Source of the DNA: Lentisphaerota bacterium
GTDB lineage: Bacteria > Verrucomicrobiota > Kiritimatiellia > UBA8416 > JABMPJ01
Assembly: GCA_013203785.1 (NCBI GenBank)
Contig: JABMPJ010000047.1
Span: 2,459 to 66,458, forward strand
Reading direction: 5' to 3'
DNA length: 64,000 nucleotides
The notes under the pieces are model-generated. The model was not told the DNA's origin, searched no databases, and saw only the letters and a list, made by a program, of their open reading frames with translations. This document shows positions 39,668 to 48,588 of the stretch, piece by piece (within the stretch, counting starts at the first letter, position 1; each line of letters opens with the position of its first letter). The position numbers and the translations under genes are program-made.

Positions 39668-40523
39668 TCTCCCCCCTCTCTCCCACCCGATAGAGCGCCA
39701 CACCCCGCCAAGCACGCCGCTGAAGCGAGGGGAAGAAGCGTATGAGTTGTCGATCGATTGGCCCGAAACAACGCAATGCAGCGCGATAGCCCCACGGCGA
39801 GCCCCATTCGAAGAGAAAGAAGAAGGCCGACGTGGAGAGTAGGTGCCACCCCTCACACTGCTCGAGCTGTAACCCGCCGCCCAGCGTCCCCAACTCTGCG
39901 AAATCAAGATAGTGTGTAAACGGCTCCCATTCGCGGGGACTCGAGCGATGGCGCAACCACTTCATGCATTTTCCCCCGCGCAATGACTCCACAAAGACGG
40001 CGCGGCCACCGGGGCGCAATATACGCGCACATTCGGTCGCAACCCGGCTCGGGGCCGTGTACATCAGCACATCTCGGGAAAATATGCAATCGGCCGAATC
40101 ATCCTCCAACTCCAGCGCGTCGGCTGACATGGTCCGAAAGGCAAGGCGGCCATTGATGGTGCGTTCCGCGCACCACTGAGCGGCCAACGCAACGCGTGCA
40201 GGCGAGACGTCCGTTGCCATGACGTGTGCCCCACGCTGGGCCAGGTGGAGCGCGCCCTGCCCCAGTCCACAGCCCAACACCACGACGCGGCGGCCCTCCA
40301 GCAGCCCCAGTAGCTTGATCGCCCGTGCGGTCTCGGGCGAGAGGAACGTATCGTAGGCCAGCTGCATGCGTCGGCCGTCATCCTGGCCCAGCGAACCGGT
40401 CCGCCGATTGAGTGGATCGCTGCATCCATGCCAGTAACGTGCTGCCGCGAGCGGGCCGCCCGTCGGCCCCGCTTCCGATATCGCAGGTTGACATCCCTGC
40501 CGCCCGTTGGTTTGCTCGTCCAT
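39660..40523 (-). CDS. Class I SAM-dependent methyltransferase
   Basis: Motif I VVVLGCGLGQGALHLAQRGAHVMATDVS and post-I/II motifs. ATG at 40521-40523. Eight-bp overlap with the ArnT-like start. Confidence 0.75.
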   Translation of the reverse strand: MDEQTNGRQGCQPAISEAGPTGGPLAAARYWHGCSDPLNRRTGSLGQDDGRRMQLAYDTFLSPETARAIKLLGLLEGRRVVVLGCGLGQGALHLAQRGAHVMATDVSPARVALAAQWCAERTINGRLAFRTMSADALELEDDSADCIFSRDVLMYTAPSRVATECARILRPGGRAVFVESLRGGKCMKWLRHRSSPREWEPFTHYLDFAELGTLGGGLQLEQCEGWHLLSTSAFFFLFEWGSPWGYRAALRCFGPIDRQLIRFFPSLQRRAWRGVALYRVGERGENA

Positions 40524-40566
40524 ATGAATCGCCTTCTGAGACCCAAGAAACAAGAAAGCACGTAAC

Positions 40567-42537
40567 ATGCCGGGGCCACAAGCGCAATACCGAGCGATTC
40601 ACATCATCGGCACCACCCTCCTGCCCGGCCTGCTGCTGGTGCTACTGGTCCTGGCCGCATTCGGCCCCGCCCTATGGCATGATTTTGCATGGGATGACCA
40701 CGGGCTGATCGTGCAGAACCCGGATATTCGAGTGACCTCCAGTTGGGCTCGCCCATTTCTGCGCAGCTTCTGGCAAACCGGAGCCAACGTGGAGGACGCG
40801 ACACGCAGCTTTTACCGCCCAATCGTAAGTCTTTCTTACCGAATTGATTACGCCATATGGAGCCTGAATCCCATGGGCTTTCATGCCACGAACATCCTCC
40901 TGCATGCGCTAGTTACGCTGCTGGTCTTCGGGCTGGGGCTGCGCCTCCTCGATAATCGGGCAGCAGCGCTTGTGGCCGCGGCCCTCTTCGCGATACACCC
41001 CTCGCACGTTGAAAATATCGTATGGATATCGGGTCGTACCGACATACTATGCAGCCTTTTTGCTTTGGCCGCACTGCTCCTGCTTCTGCCCACCCGGAAG
41101 GGGGTGCCGCCCTCAGTAGGACGCGCAGCGGCGGGCTGCGGCCTCTGTTTTCTCGCCCTGCTGGGCAAAGAGATGGCCCTCTCGCTCCCTATTCTTCTCG
41201 CGGCCTACATCGTCCTCCTGCCCCCCGAACATCGCCGCGCCTATCTGCTCTTGCTGGCCGGACTCTTCGCCACGACGGGCCTCTATATGCTCCTGCGCGT
41301 CTCGGTTCTGGGCCGCATCGTGGGACCAGCCCTGTTCGGGACGCCCGCAGAGAGGATTGCGGCCATTCCAGCCGTGTTCTCCCACTATATAGGAGTACTC
41401 GTTCATTGGATTCCCATTGACCCCCATCACGCGGACACCTTTGAGGCCCTGACGCGGCCACGCGCCATCGGAGCCGGCATCCTGGTTGCGGGTGGCTACG
41501 CGGCCCTCCTCACGCTCCTTTGGCGACGCCAGCAGAAGCGTGTTGTCTTCCTCCTGGCGTGGCCGCTCATCACACTGCTTCCCGTCATGAAGTTGGGTAC
41601 CTTCGGCGATGTGCTCTACGCGGATCGTTTTCTCTACCTCCCTTCGGTCGGCTTCCTGATGGGGGCGGTGCTGCTGTGGAACAAAACCGCGGTGAAACAG
41701 ATGCAGCACCGCACGGGCCGAAATCTGGGTGCCGTGCTGCTGCTGGCCTACGGAGGTGCCTCCATGGCCCTCTGCTCCATCCATACTCCCTACTGGAAAG
41801 ACGACGAAAGCCTCTTTGGTCACGCCGCGCTCACATCTCCATCCTCAGCCTATATCCAGTACAACTTGGGAAATAGTCTGAGCGAGGCAGGAAAAGACGC
41901 TACAGCCGTCCACGCCTACATGCGGGCGGTAGAGATTGAACCTCACTATGGGGCGGCATTTGCCAATATGGGGATCGCCCTCATGCATGGCGGGCGGGAC
42001 AAAGATGCCATAGCCTGTCTCCGCAAAGCCCTTTCACTGGGCGATAACAGCGTCGTCACCTATACGAGTCTCGGCACCGCCTACCGCGCCCTTGGAGACT
42101 TGGAGTCAGCAAGACAGGCCTATGAGGCCTCGCTCGACATCTCCGAAACCGCCGCCGCCCGCAGCAATCTAGGCGAGTGCTTGCTCGCTCAGCATCACCC
42201 CGCGCAGGCCGAAGCCCACTTCCGGCGAGCCTACCGGATCGAGCCTTCACCCCGCATCCTCTGTAACCTTGGCTCGGCCTTGCTTGAACAGGATCGTGCC
42301 ACGGAAGCCATGCCCTATCTTCGTGAAGCTGAGCGCACGCTCTCACGCACACATGGGGGCGATGCCTTCGCCGTGGCCTATAATCTGGCGTGGGCGCTCA
42401 AGGACTCCAAGGGTACCGACGCAGCGAAGCCCTATGCCGAACGAGCGAGAGCACTCCTCAGGCAGGGCCATGGACCGCCAGCGGCGGACGGTCAAACTCC
42501 TGATATTTTGGAGAGTATCCTTGGTGCGATGGACTGA
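40567..42537 (+). CDS. Multi-pass membrane protein with C-terminal TPR repeats (TMTC/PMT-like putative glycosyltransferase, DUF1736-like)
   Basis: N-terminal ~400 aa hold about 10 TM helices with the AWDDHGLIVQNPDIR...RSFYRPIVSLSYRIDYAIW block. C-terminal ~250 aa hold several TPR units. ATG at 40567. Confidence 0.6.
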   Translation: MPGPQAQYRAIHIIGTTLLPGLLLVLLVLAAFGPALWHDFAWDDHGLIVQNPDIRVTSSWARPFLRSFWQTGANVEDATRSFYRPIVSLSYRIDYAIWSLNPMGFHATNILLHALVTLLVFGLGLRLLDNRAAALVAAALFAIHPSHVENIVWISGRTDILCSLFALAALLLLLPTRKGVPPSVGRAAAGCGLCFLALLGKEMALSLPILLAAYIVLLPPEHRRAYLLLLAGLFATTGLYMLLRVSVLGRIVGPALFGTPAERIAAIPAVFSHYIGVLVHWIPIDPHHADTFEALTRPRAIGAGILVAGGYAALLTLLWRRQQKRVVFLLAWPLITLLPVMKLGTFGDVLYADRFLYLPSVGFLMGAVLLWNKTAVKQMQHRTGRNLGAVLLLAYGGASMALCSIHTPYWKDDESLFGHAALTSPSSAYIQYNLGNSLSEAGKDATAVHAYMRAVEIEPHYGAAFANMGIALMHGGRDKDAIACLRKALSLGDNSVVTYTSLGTAYRALGDLESARQAYEASLDISETAAARSNLGECLLAQHHPAQAEAHFRRAYRIEPSPRILCNLGSALLEQDRATEAMPYLREAERTLSRTHGGDAFAVAYNLAWALKDSKGTDAAKPYAERARALLRQGHGPPAADGQTPDILESILGAMD

Positions 42538-42595
42538 CTTTGCTATTGTCTCGCATGGAACTTGCTCTTACTATTGCCCGCAGTATAAAGCACCT

Positions 42596-43630
42596 ATGAA
42601 ATCACCTTTAGAGATTATTCGCACCCTCAAACGGGGACCTACGGACGTTGTGGGGCTCGACATCGGGAGTGCCTCTGTTCGAGCCGTTCGCATCCGCAAG
42701 AACAATGACACGTTGACCGTCACCGCTGTTGACATTCTGGAACGCCCCGTTCAGGCGGGCAATGAAGCGGAGGAGCACCCCCTCCCAACCCTCGATCTGC
42801 CGTCCCATGTCAAGGCGCGCTATGCCTCTCTCGCTGTCGACTCCAGCGAGGCCATCGTGAGACTGCTGACACTGCCGGGAAAGAGCGAAGCCGATCTGGA
42901 CACGCGCGTTATCGATAGCCTGGGGCTTGAGAATCCAGATGACTACCGCATTAGTTACAAGGTACTGGCCGACGGGGCAACCCGCTCCGAAACACGCGTC
43001 GTGGCCGTCGCCTATCCCGACACCTTGGCCACAGACTCCATCGCCATGCTCCCCACCACAGGAACGCCGGCACCCTACTCCCTTGAGGTAAGCGGCCTGG
43101 CCACAATGACCACTTTCATGAATGGACCGGTGACAGCGCGGGAGAGCGATACGCTCGGCCTCATCGATTTTGGTGAGACCTCCAGTCTTTTTGCCTTCTT
43201 CCACAAGGGCTCACCGGCCCTGATCCGCAAACTGGACCGCGGCACCAATGCCCTGCTCGACAAGGTCGAGGCCATGCTGGGCGTCGATCGCGAAACCGCC
43301 ATCGGCATTATTTCGGATGGCTCTTTCGATATCTCCCCAGCCGCGACGGAAGTCCTACAGCCGCTGGTTCGGCAGATCCTCGTCTCGCGCGATTTCGTGG
43401 AACGACGCGAAAGCTGCAAAGTCGATGCGGTCTATCTGGCAGGCGGACTGGCCGTCTCGCGCGATGCCCAGAATGAAATTGGCGGGGCCATGGGTATCCC
43501 CGTCGAATCATGGAACCCCTTTAGTGGTCTTAACATGGCCGCGGACGCCATGCCGGACAAATTTGCAGGCTTGGAGTGGCGCTTCGCCGCTGCCCTGGGT
43601 GCCTGCCTGGCCACCTTTGAGGAATCATGA
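42596..43630 (+). CDS. pilM: Type IV pilus assembly protein PilM (actin-like ATPase fold)
   Basis: MKSPLEIIRTLKRGPTDVVGLDIGSASVRAVRIRK... is the PilM N-terminus. About 344 aa. ATG at 42596. Confidence 0.8.
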   Translation: MKSPLEIIRTLKRGPTDVVGLDIGSASVRAVRIRKNNDTLTVTAVDILERPVQAGNEAEEHPLPTLDLPSHVKARYASLAVDSSEAIVRLLTLPGKSEADLDTRVIDSLGLENPDDYRISYKVLADGATRSETRVVAVAYPDTLATDSIAMLPTTGTPAPYSLEVSGLATMTTFMNGPVTARESDTLGLIDFGETSSLFAFFHKGSPALIRKLDRGTNALLDKVEAMLGVDRETAIGIISDGSFDISPAATEVLQPLVRQILVSRDFVERRESCKVDAVYLAGGLAVSRDAQNEIGGAMGIPVESWNPFSGLNMAADAMPDKFAGLEWRFAAALGACLATFEES

Positions 43631-44235
43631 ATCTTCGCGCCGACCTGATATTTGCCACGGAGCAACGCAGCGCCAGCCGGGTGAGCTTGCGATCCATCAC
43701 ACGTGTGGCCTCCATTGTCGGCCCCGTGGCGGGCCTGGGTCTCATTGCCTTCATCGCAATGAACGCCATCAACTTGAGCAACCGCGCCAAGGGCATTAAG
43801 CGGGACTGGCTGGATCTCGAGCCCCGCAAAGAACAGGCCCTCAAGGTGCTCGAGGCAGGCCGGGTCAATGACAGCATTCTCAAAGAGATCGAGACGTGGA
43901 AACACTCCAGCATCGACTGGGCCCCACAGCTGTTCGCTATTCAGAAAGGCATCAGCCCGAGCATCCAACTCAGCTCCATCCGGATCAGTCAGGTCTTAAA
44001 CCAGAACGATCGGGGCATCACAGCCCGTTCTTTTGGGCTCTCTCTATCCGGAACGGCAGTCGGCCGAGATGCCGAGGTCGCTGTAGAATCACTGCAGAAG
44101 CTGTTTCTTGAAGGCCCTGAATTCAAGACGCTGATCGCCAGTGCACAGATCCCGCGCTTCGGGGCCGACCCATCTGACAAAAATAATCGAATTTTTGAGC
44201 TGAATTGTGGATATAGCGCGAGCCTTTTCCAGTGA
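43627..44235 (+). CDS. pilN: PilN-like pilus assembly protein (single TM + coiled coil)
   Basis: ATGA overlap with pilM. One TM helix (ASIVGPVAGLGLIAFIAMNAI), then a periplasmic coiled-coil domain. Position is between pilM and pilO. Confidence 0.55.
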   Translation: MNLRADLIFATEQRSASRVSLRSITRVASIVGPVAGLGLIAFIAMNAINLSNRAKGIKRDWLDLEPRKEQALKVLEAGRVNDSILKEIETWKHSSIDWAPQLFAIQKGISPSIQLSSIRISQVLNQNDRGITARSFGLSLSGTAVGRDAEVAVESLQKLFLEGPEFKTLIASAQIPRFGADPSDKNNRIFELNCGYSASLFQ

Positions 44236-44894
44236 AACTACCCGAAGACAAACAACAGCGGCTGAAGATCTTCATCATGATCGGCCTGGCCGTTATCCTC
44301 GTGCTGCTGGGGATCGTGCAGGGCATCATTAATCCGCTGCGCAATTCGGCCAAGAACAAGCGGGCCACGATGGAGGAGAGCCGCAACGGCTTGGAGCGCG
44401 CGCGCAAAGAGATCCGGGCCGCCGCTCAAAGTCTGGATCGCCGTATGGAGACCCTGGTCACTATCCAGAGCATCTCCGACACCCACATTCTCCATCCCAT
44501 CCTCGGTAACTATCTACTCGAAGCCACCAGTATCATTGAAGCACACGCAGCGGCTTTGGCCGTCCCCATCGAGCCGGTTCGCGAAGTAGCCATCTCTGAT
44601 ATTCCTCGTGATGCCAAGAGCAAGGAGGATCGTCTGCTCAAGGCCTATACGGTCCGCGTTAACATGAACTCCTCTTATCACGATGCCTGCCGCCTGATCC
44701 GCGAGATTGAGCGCGGCAACCCCTATATCTGTGTCACCAGCCTGATGATCCGCCCGCGGCCCGGCATAGACGTCGAGACGCACAGCATCAGCATCGAGGT
44801 GCAGTGGCCGGTTTGGGCTGATCCGGAGTTCCCGTCCGAAATCAGGGAGCAGCTCAAAGAGCAAACATCCAAACAGGAGCGTAAAATCGAATGA
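44232..44894 (+). CDS. pilO: PilO-like pilus assembly protein
   Basis: GTG start overlapping the pilN stop (GTGA). N-terminal TM helix (IFIMIGLAVILVLLGIV), then a coiled coil. Position in the operon. Confidence 0.5.
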   Translation: MKLPEDKQQRLKIFIMIGLAVILVLLGIVQGIINPLRNSAKNKRATMEESRNGLERARKEIRAAAQSLDRRMETLVTIQSISDTHILHPILGNYLLEATSIIEAHAAALAVPIEPVREVAISDIPRDAKSKEDRLLKAYTVRVNMNSSYHDACRLIREIERGNPYICVTSLMIRPRPGIDVETHSISIEVQWPVWADPEFPSEIREQLKEQTSKQERKIE

Positions 44895-45373
44895 GAACAG
44901 CGACCACCGCAGTCCTCTTCCTGTTTCTTGCCGCAAACCTCTTCGGCGACGAACCGCTGTCGAACACGGCCAGCCCTGCGGAAGGGATAGGCGTGGATAC
45001 CAACGGCGTGGTCAACGAGAGTGGCATGGAGATTCTACGAGACCCCTTCTGGCCGGTGGGCTACGCACCACCACCGCCCGAGCCTGAAGTCACAGAGGAA
45101 CAGGCTGAGAAGATCGAAGTAGCACAGGCCACTCAAGCCAAGATCCAGTGGCCGGCCCTGCTGCTCAAGGGCATCACCCGAGCTGGCCCAGATCGCTACA
45201 TGGCCATCGTGGAGGGGGTCGGTCTGGTCGAAACAGGCCAAACCATCAGCCTACACAAGAGTGACATGCTTTACACATGGAAGATCGATGAAGTGAGTGC
45301 CAGAGGCGTCCGGTTTTCTCGCCTGGAAGCGCGCCCCTACCAGCCACTGACAGCAGGAGTTCGCACACAATAG
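44891..45373 (+). CDS. pilP: PilP-like pilus assembly lipoprotein/secretin-interacting protein
   Basis: ATGA overlap with pilO. Signal peptide, a Pro/Glu-rich linker, then a C-terminal beta-domain (YMAIVEGVGLVETGQTI...). Position is just upstream of pilQ. Confidence 0.5.
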   Translation: MRTATTAVLFLFLAANLFGDEPLSNTASPAEGIGVDTNGVVNESGMEILRDPFWPVGYAPPPPEPEVTEEQAEKIEVAQATQAKIQWPALLLKGITRAGPDRYMAIVEGVGLVETGQTISLHKSDMLYTWKIDEVSARGVRFSRLEARPYQPLTAGVRTQ

Positions 45374-45417
45374 CGTTGTCACGCCGCGTGGCAACGTTCG
45401 ACAGGAGGTATGATATC

Positions 45418-46566
45418 ATGCGCAAACTGAAATTAGCAGCATCCGTGGCCCTGGCCCTCACCGCTCTAACCGCCCTGACCCTTTTCATCGGGTGCGAGGA
45501 CGAACCCGGAGTGACCGGTACGGATACCTACTTTGATGCCAACGCCTACCAGAGCGACCTGCGCTCAGATGGGGAACTGCCTCTGCTCCTGTCACCGATC
45601 CAAGAATCGGTCACCATCGTCGGTCAACGCATCGCTTTCAGAGCCAAAGGCGGTACCCGGCCGATCACATGGTCCGTTTCCAGTTCTGCCCGAGGCAGCA
45701 TCAATACCGTGGGCCTACGCACCGACTACGCCCTCTATGAAGTCAAGGCCGTCGCCGACAACAGCGTACAAGCCATCGACGCTGATGGCCGTGCCGCCGT
45801 CGCCGCCGTTCGGGCCGGCACTGATGCGCTGCGAATCACGCCCAGCTCGCTCACGCTCCTGCGTCCCGGTGCAGGCCCCGCGGGCGACTTCGTAGTTACG
45901 GGCGGGGTCCCGCCCTATAGCGAATGGATAGAGACCTTTCCCGAACTGGGAGTCGTCAGCCTTGGAGGAACCTACATCGTCATGACCGCCCTGGTAGAAG
46001 GCACCAACTTTGTCTCCATCACCGACGCCGCCGGCGACATCGCCACGGCCACCGTGAACCATGTTCTTGAGTACGACCCGCTCGCTATTATTCCGGAGAG
46101 CACCGCCCTAGCCACCGATGGCGATACAGCCAATTTCATCGCCTCCGGCGGACTGCCGCCCTATCAGTGGTCGCTGGTCTACAACAGTCAGGGGCAGATT
46201 GTTGGCTCAGACACCGGTACCGTTATGCTTTACCGACGCCTTGACGAAGGCGATCAGGTCATTATTCTGGAAGACGCCCTAGGGAGCTTCACGCAGGCAC
46301 AGGTGGCTCAGGCGGCTCCGACCCCACCGGTGATCCAGCCCAGCAACGTCACCCTCGCGACTAACGAGACCACCTTCGCCTTCGCTGTCACAGGGGGCAC
46401 ACCGCCCTTCAGCTGGCTGGTCTTGACCGGAACCGGCTCGCTGACGCCGAATACGGGCACGGCCGTCGTGTACACGCGAGGTGTGGGCAACCCGCCCAAC
46501 AACTACATTATCCGCGTCACGGACAGCGCGTCACAGAGCGCCCTGGCCACGATTACGCAAGAATAG
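45418..46566 (+). CDS. Lipoprotein with four putative Ig-like (He_PIG/cadherin-like) domains
   Basis: Lipobox LTLFIGC. Repeated ~90-aa units carry GGxPPY/F.W motifs (GGVPPYSEW, SGGLPPYQWS, TGGTPPFSWL, plus a first unit with GGTRPITWSV). Inserted between pilP and pilQ. Confidence 0.6.
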   Translation: MRKLKLAASVALALTALTALTLFIGCEDEPGVTGTDTYFDANAYQSDLRSDGELPLLLSPIQESVTIVGQRIAFRAKGGTRPITWSVSSSARGSINTVGLRTDYALYEVKAVADNSVQAIDADGRAAVAAVRAGTDALRITPSSLTLLRPGAGPAGDFVVTGGVPPYSEWIETFPELGVVSLGGTYIVMTALVEGTNFVSITDAAGDIATATVNHVLEYDPLAIIPESTALATDGDTANFIASGGLPPYQWSLVYNSQGQIVGSDTGTVMLYRRLDEGDQVIILEDALGSFTQAQVAQAAPTPPVIQPSNVTLATNETTFAFAVTGGTPPFSWLVLTGTGSLTPNTGTAVVYTRGVGNPPNNYIIRVTDSASQSALATITQE

Positions 46567-46584
46567 ATTGATAACCGAGAGAGA

Positions 46585-46604
46585 GCCCCCCTCCGAGGGG
46601 GGGC
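46585..46604 (+). promoter_or_regulatory. GC-rich hairpin (gcccccc-tccgag-ggggggc) between the Ig-like lipoprotein gene and pilQ
   Basis: Seven-bp G/C stem with a 6-nt loop, 19 bp after the stop. No U-tract follows (the downstream sequence is A-rich). Possible attenuator or processing site. Confidence 0.3.
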
Positions 46605-46628
46605 CAGCCAGAAAAAGGGGAATAGCCC

Positions 46629-48581
46629 ATGAATCACAAACTGAGAAACATGATGCTGCCAGCCGCGGCGGGACTGCTCGTCGTTGGTGCCCTCTGGCTC
46701 AACGCCCAGGAGATGATAGACCCCGCATCCATGCCGCCGTCGGAGGATGTACGTGACAGCGCCGCCCCGATCGTCCCACCCATTCCGACCGCCCCAGACG
46801 GGTCCCCCATGCTGGCCCCGGACGGACGGCCCACCACCCCCGACGCCATGCGCGCACCCGCACTGGCCGCCCCGGCCGTCTCCATCGCGCCGGAGCCCAT
46901 CGCCGAGGCCTTTGACACCTCGGACGAGGCAAGCGGCTTCTTGACGCTCGACGAAAGCAGCGACAGCCCTCTCGACCTTCAAGAAGCGGACGCGGCCGCC
47001 GACAAAATCAGCATTACGCTCGATGATGTCGAAATCCTCGATGTCGTGCGTATGTTCACCCGTATTTCGGGGGCCAATATTATCGCGACCCCCTCCAACC
47101 TGAACGGGCGGGTCACGGTCAACCTGACCGATGTCGAATGGAAGCCCGCCCTGGAGTCCATACTCGATATGCACGGCTTGGCCCTCGACGAGAAACTGCC
47201 CGGATCAGGTGTCTACCGCATCGTTCCGCGCCCCGCTGGCTCGCCCGAGCCCATGAAGGTGGAAACCTTCTTTCTGAGCTATGCGGCCGTGGCCAACGTC
47301 TCCCCTGTGGTCACCTCCATGCTCGCTGCCGGAGGAACCGTCTCCGACTTCCCCTCCAAGAATGCCCTCGTCGTTCGTAGTACCGCCGCCAACCTGGGCG
47401 AGATCCAGCAGGTCATTACCGAGATCGATACGCCCCGCGATCAGGTTTTCATCGAAGCCAAGTTTATGGAACTCAACGACCAGGCCATCAAAGACCTCGG
47501 CATTAATTGGCAGGCCCTTTCTGGCTATAGCATCGGAGCCTCCAGCTTGCAGGTGGATCTCAGAAAATCCCGAGTCTGGGAGGACCAACGCTCCGATGCG
47601 CTGGCCCGCCGCGACCTTAGGGGGGCCACCGATACGCTCAATGAGCGCTATGACATCTACAACGACCAGTACGAAGAACAAACGCTTGAGTTCTTAGAGT
47701 CGCCACCCGACTCAGGAAATTTCATTTCACAGACCACGATTACCCCGACGCGTGAGACGGTCGACAGCATTGATGCTGGTGCGGACGTCCTCTCCGATGT
47801 CTCCAGGGCCTTTACGAAGTCCATCTCGGACGCCCGTACGGCCGTACTGAGTGCCGCAGATTTTCAAGTTGTCCTCAGCGCACTGAAACAGATGAGTGGT
47901 ATCAGCGTGGTCTCCAACCCGAAGATCATCGTGGCCAATGAAGAAATTGCCACGATCCATATTGGGCAGACGGAGCGGCCCTTCATCTCCAGTGTCACCC
48001 CCGGCCAGCAGGGCATCGCCCCCGTGGTGACCTACAACCCCGGTGAGCCGGTCGACTTGGGCGTAAAGCTCACCGTCACCCCGACCGTCAATACGTCCAG
48101 CAACATTACGGTCAAGATTGAGCCGGAGCTGACGCGTTTTCTGAGAGATGCTGAAGCGCCCAACGGCCAGACCTATCCGATCATTGCCACCAAGAAAATC
48201 ACGACCATCTTCTCGCTCGACAGCGGCAAGACCGTGGCCATCGGCGGACTGACCGAGACGACCGACCGTGAAGTCACCAGCAAAATCCCGCTGCTGGGCA
48301 GCATCCCGATACTGGGCAAGTACCTCTTTTCACACACACATCAGGAAAAATCCCAGGAGGAAACCATTATCTTTGTCTCGGTCGGTCTGGCTATGCCTGA
48401 CTCGATACTACGCGAGACCGGCCTGCCCGAAGACACCGAATTGACCCGCCGCCACCTCATCGCAGCGGAAGCCAAACGGCGCGCCTTTCTCGCAGAGATG
48501 GACCAAATTCAGGCGGCGGCAAAAGCCGACAGAGAACGGGACAGTAGCGAGGAAACATCCAAGCTCCTGAAGCGTCGCTAG
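46629..48581 (+). CDS. pilQ: Type IV pilus secretin PilQ (GspD/PilQ secretin family)
   Basis: Signal peptide, a Pro/Ala-rich linker and N-domains. C-terminal secretin signature ...GKTVAIGGLTETTDREVTSKIPLLGSIPILGKYLFSHTHQEKSQEETIIFVS. Confidence 0.85.
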   Translation: MNHKLRNMMLPAAAGLLVVGALWLNAQEMIDPASMPPSEDVRDSAAPIVPPIPTAPDGSPMLAPDGRPTTPDAMRAPALAAPAVSIAPEPIAEAFDTSDEASGFLTLDESSDSPLDLQEADAAADKISITLDDVEILDVVRMFTRISGANIIATPSNLNGRVTVNLTDVEWKPALESILDMHGLALDEKLPGSGVYRIVPRPAGSPEPMKVETFFLSYAAVANVSPVVTSMLAAGGTVSDFPSKNALVVRSTAANLGEIQQVITEIDTPRDQVFIEAKFMELNDQAIKDLGINWQALSGYSIGASSLQVDLRKSRVWEDQRSDALARRDLRGATDTLNERYDIYNDQYEEQTLEFLESPPDSGNFISQTTITPTRETVDSIDAGADVLSDVSRAFTKSISDARTAVLSAADFQVVLSALKQMSGISVVSNPKIIVANEEIATIHIGQTERPFISSVTPGQQGIAPVVTYNPGEPVDLGVKLTVTPTVNTSSNITVKIEPELTRFLRDAEAPNGQTYPIIATKKITTIFSLDSGKTVAIGGLTETTDREVTSKIPLLGSIPILGKYLFSHTHQEKSQEETIIFVSVGLAMPDSILRETGLPEDTELTRRHLIAAEAKRRAFLAEMDQIQAAAKADRERDSSEETSKLLKRR

Positions 48582-48588
48582 GAGCCGC

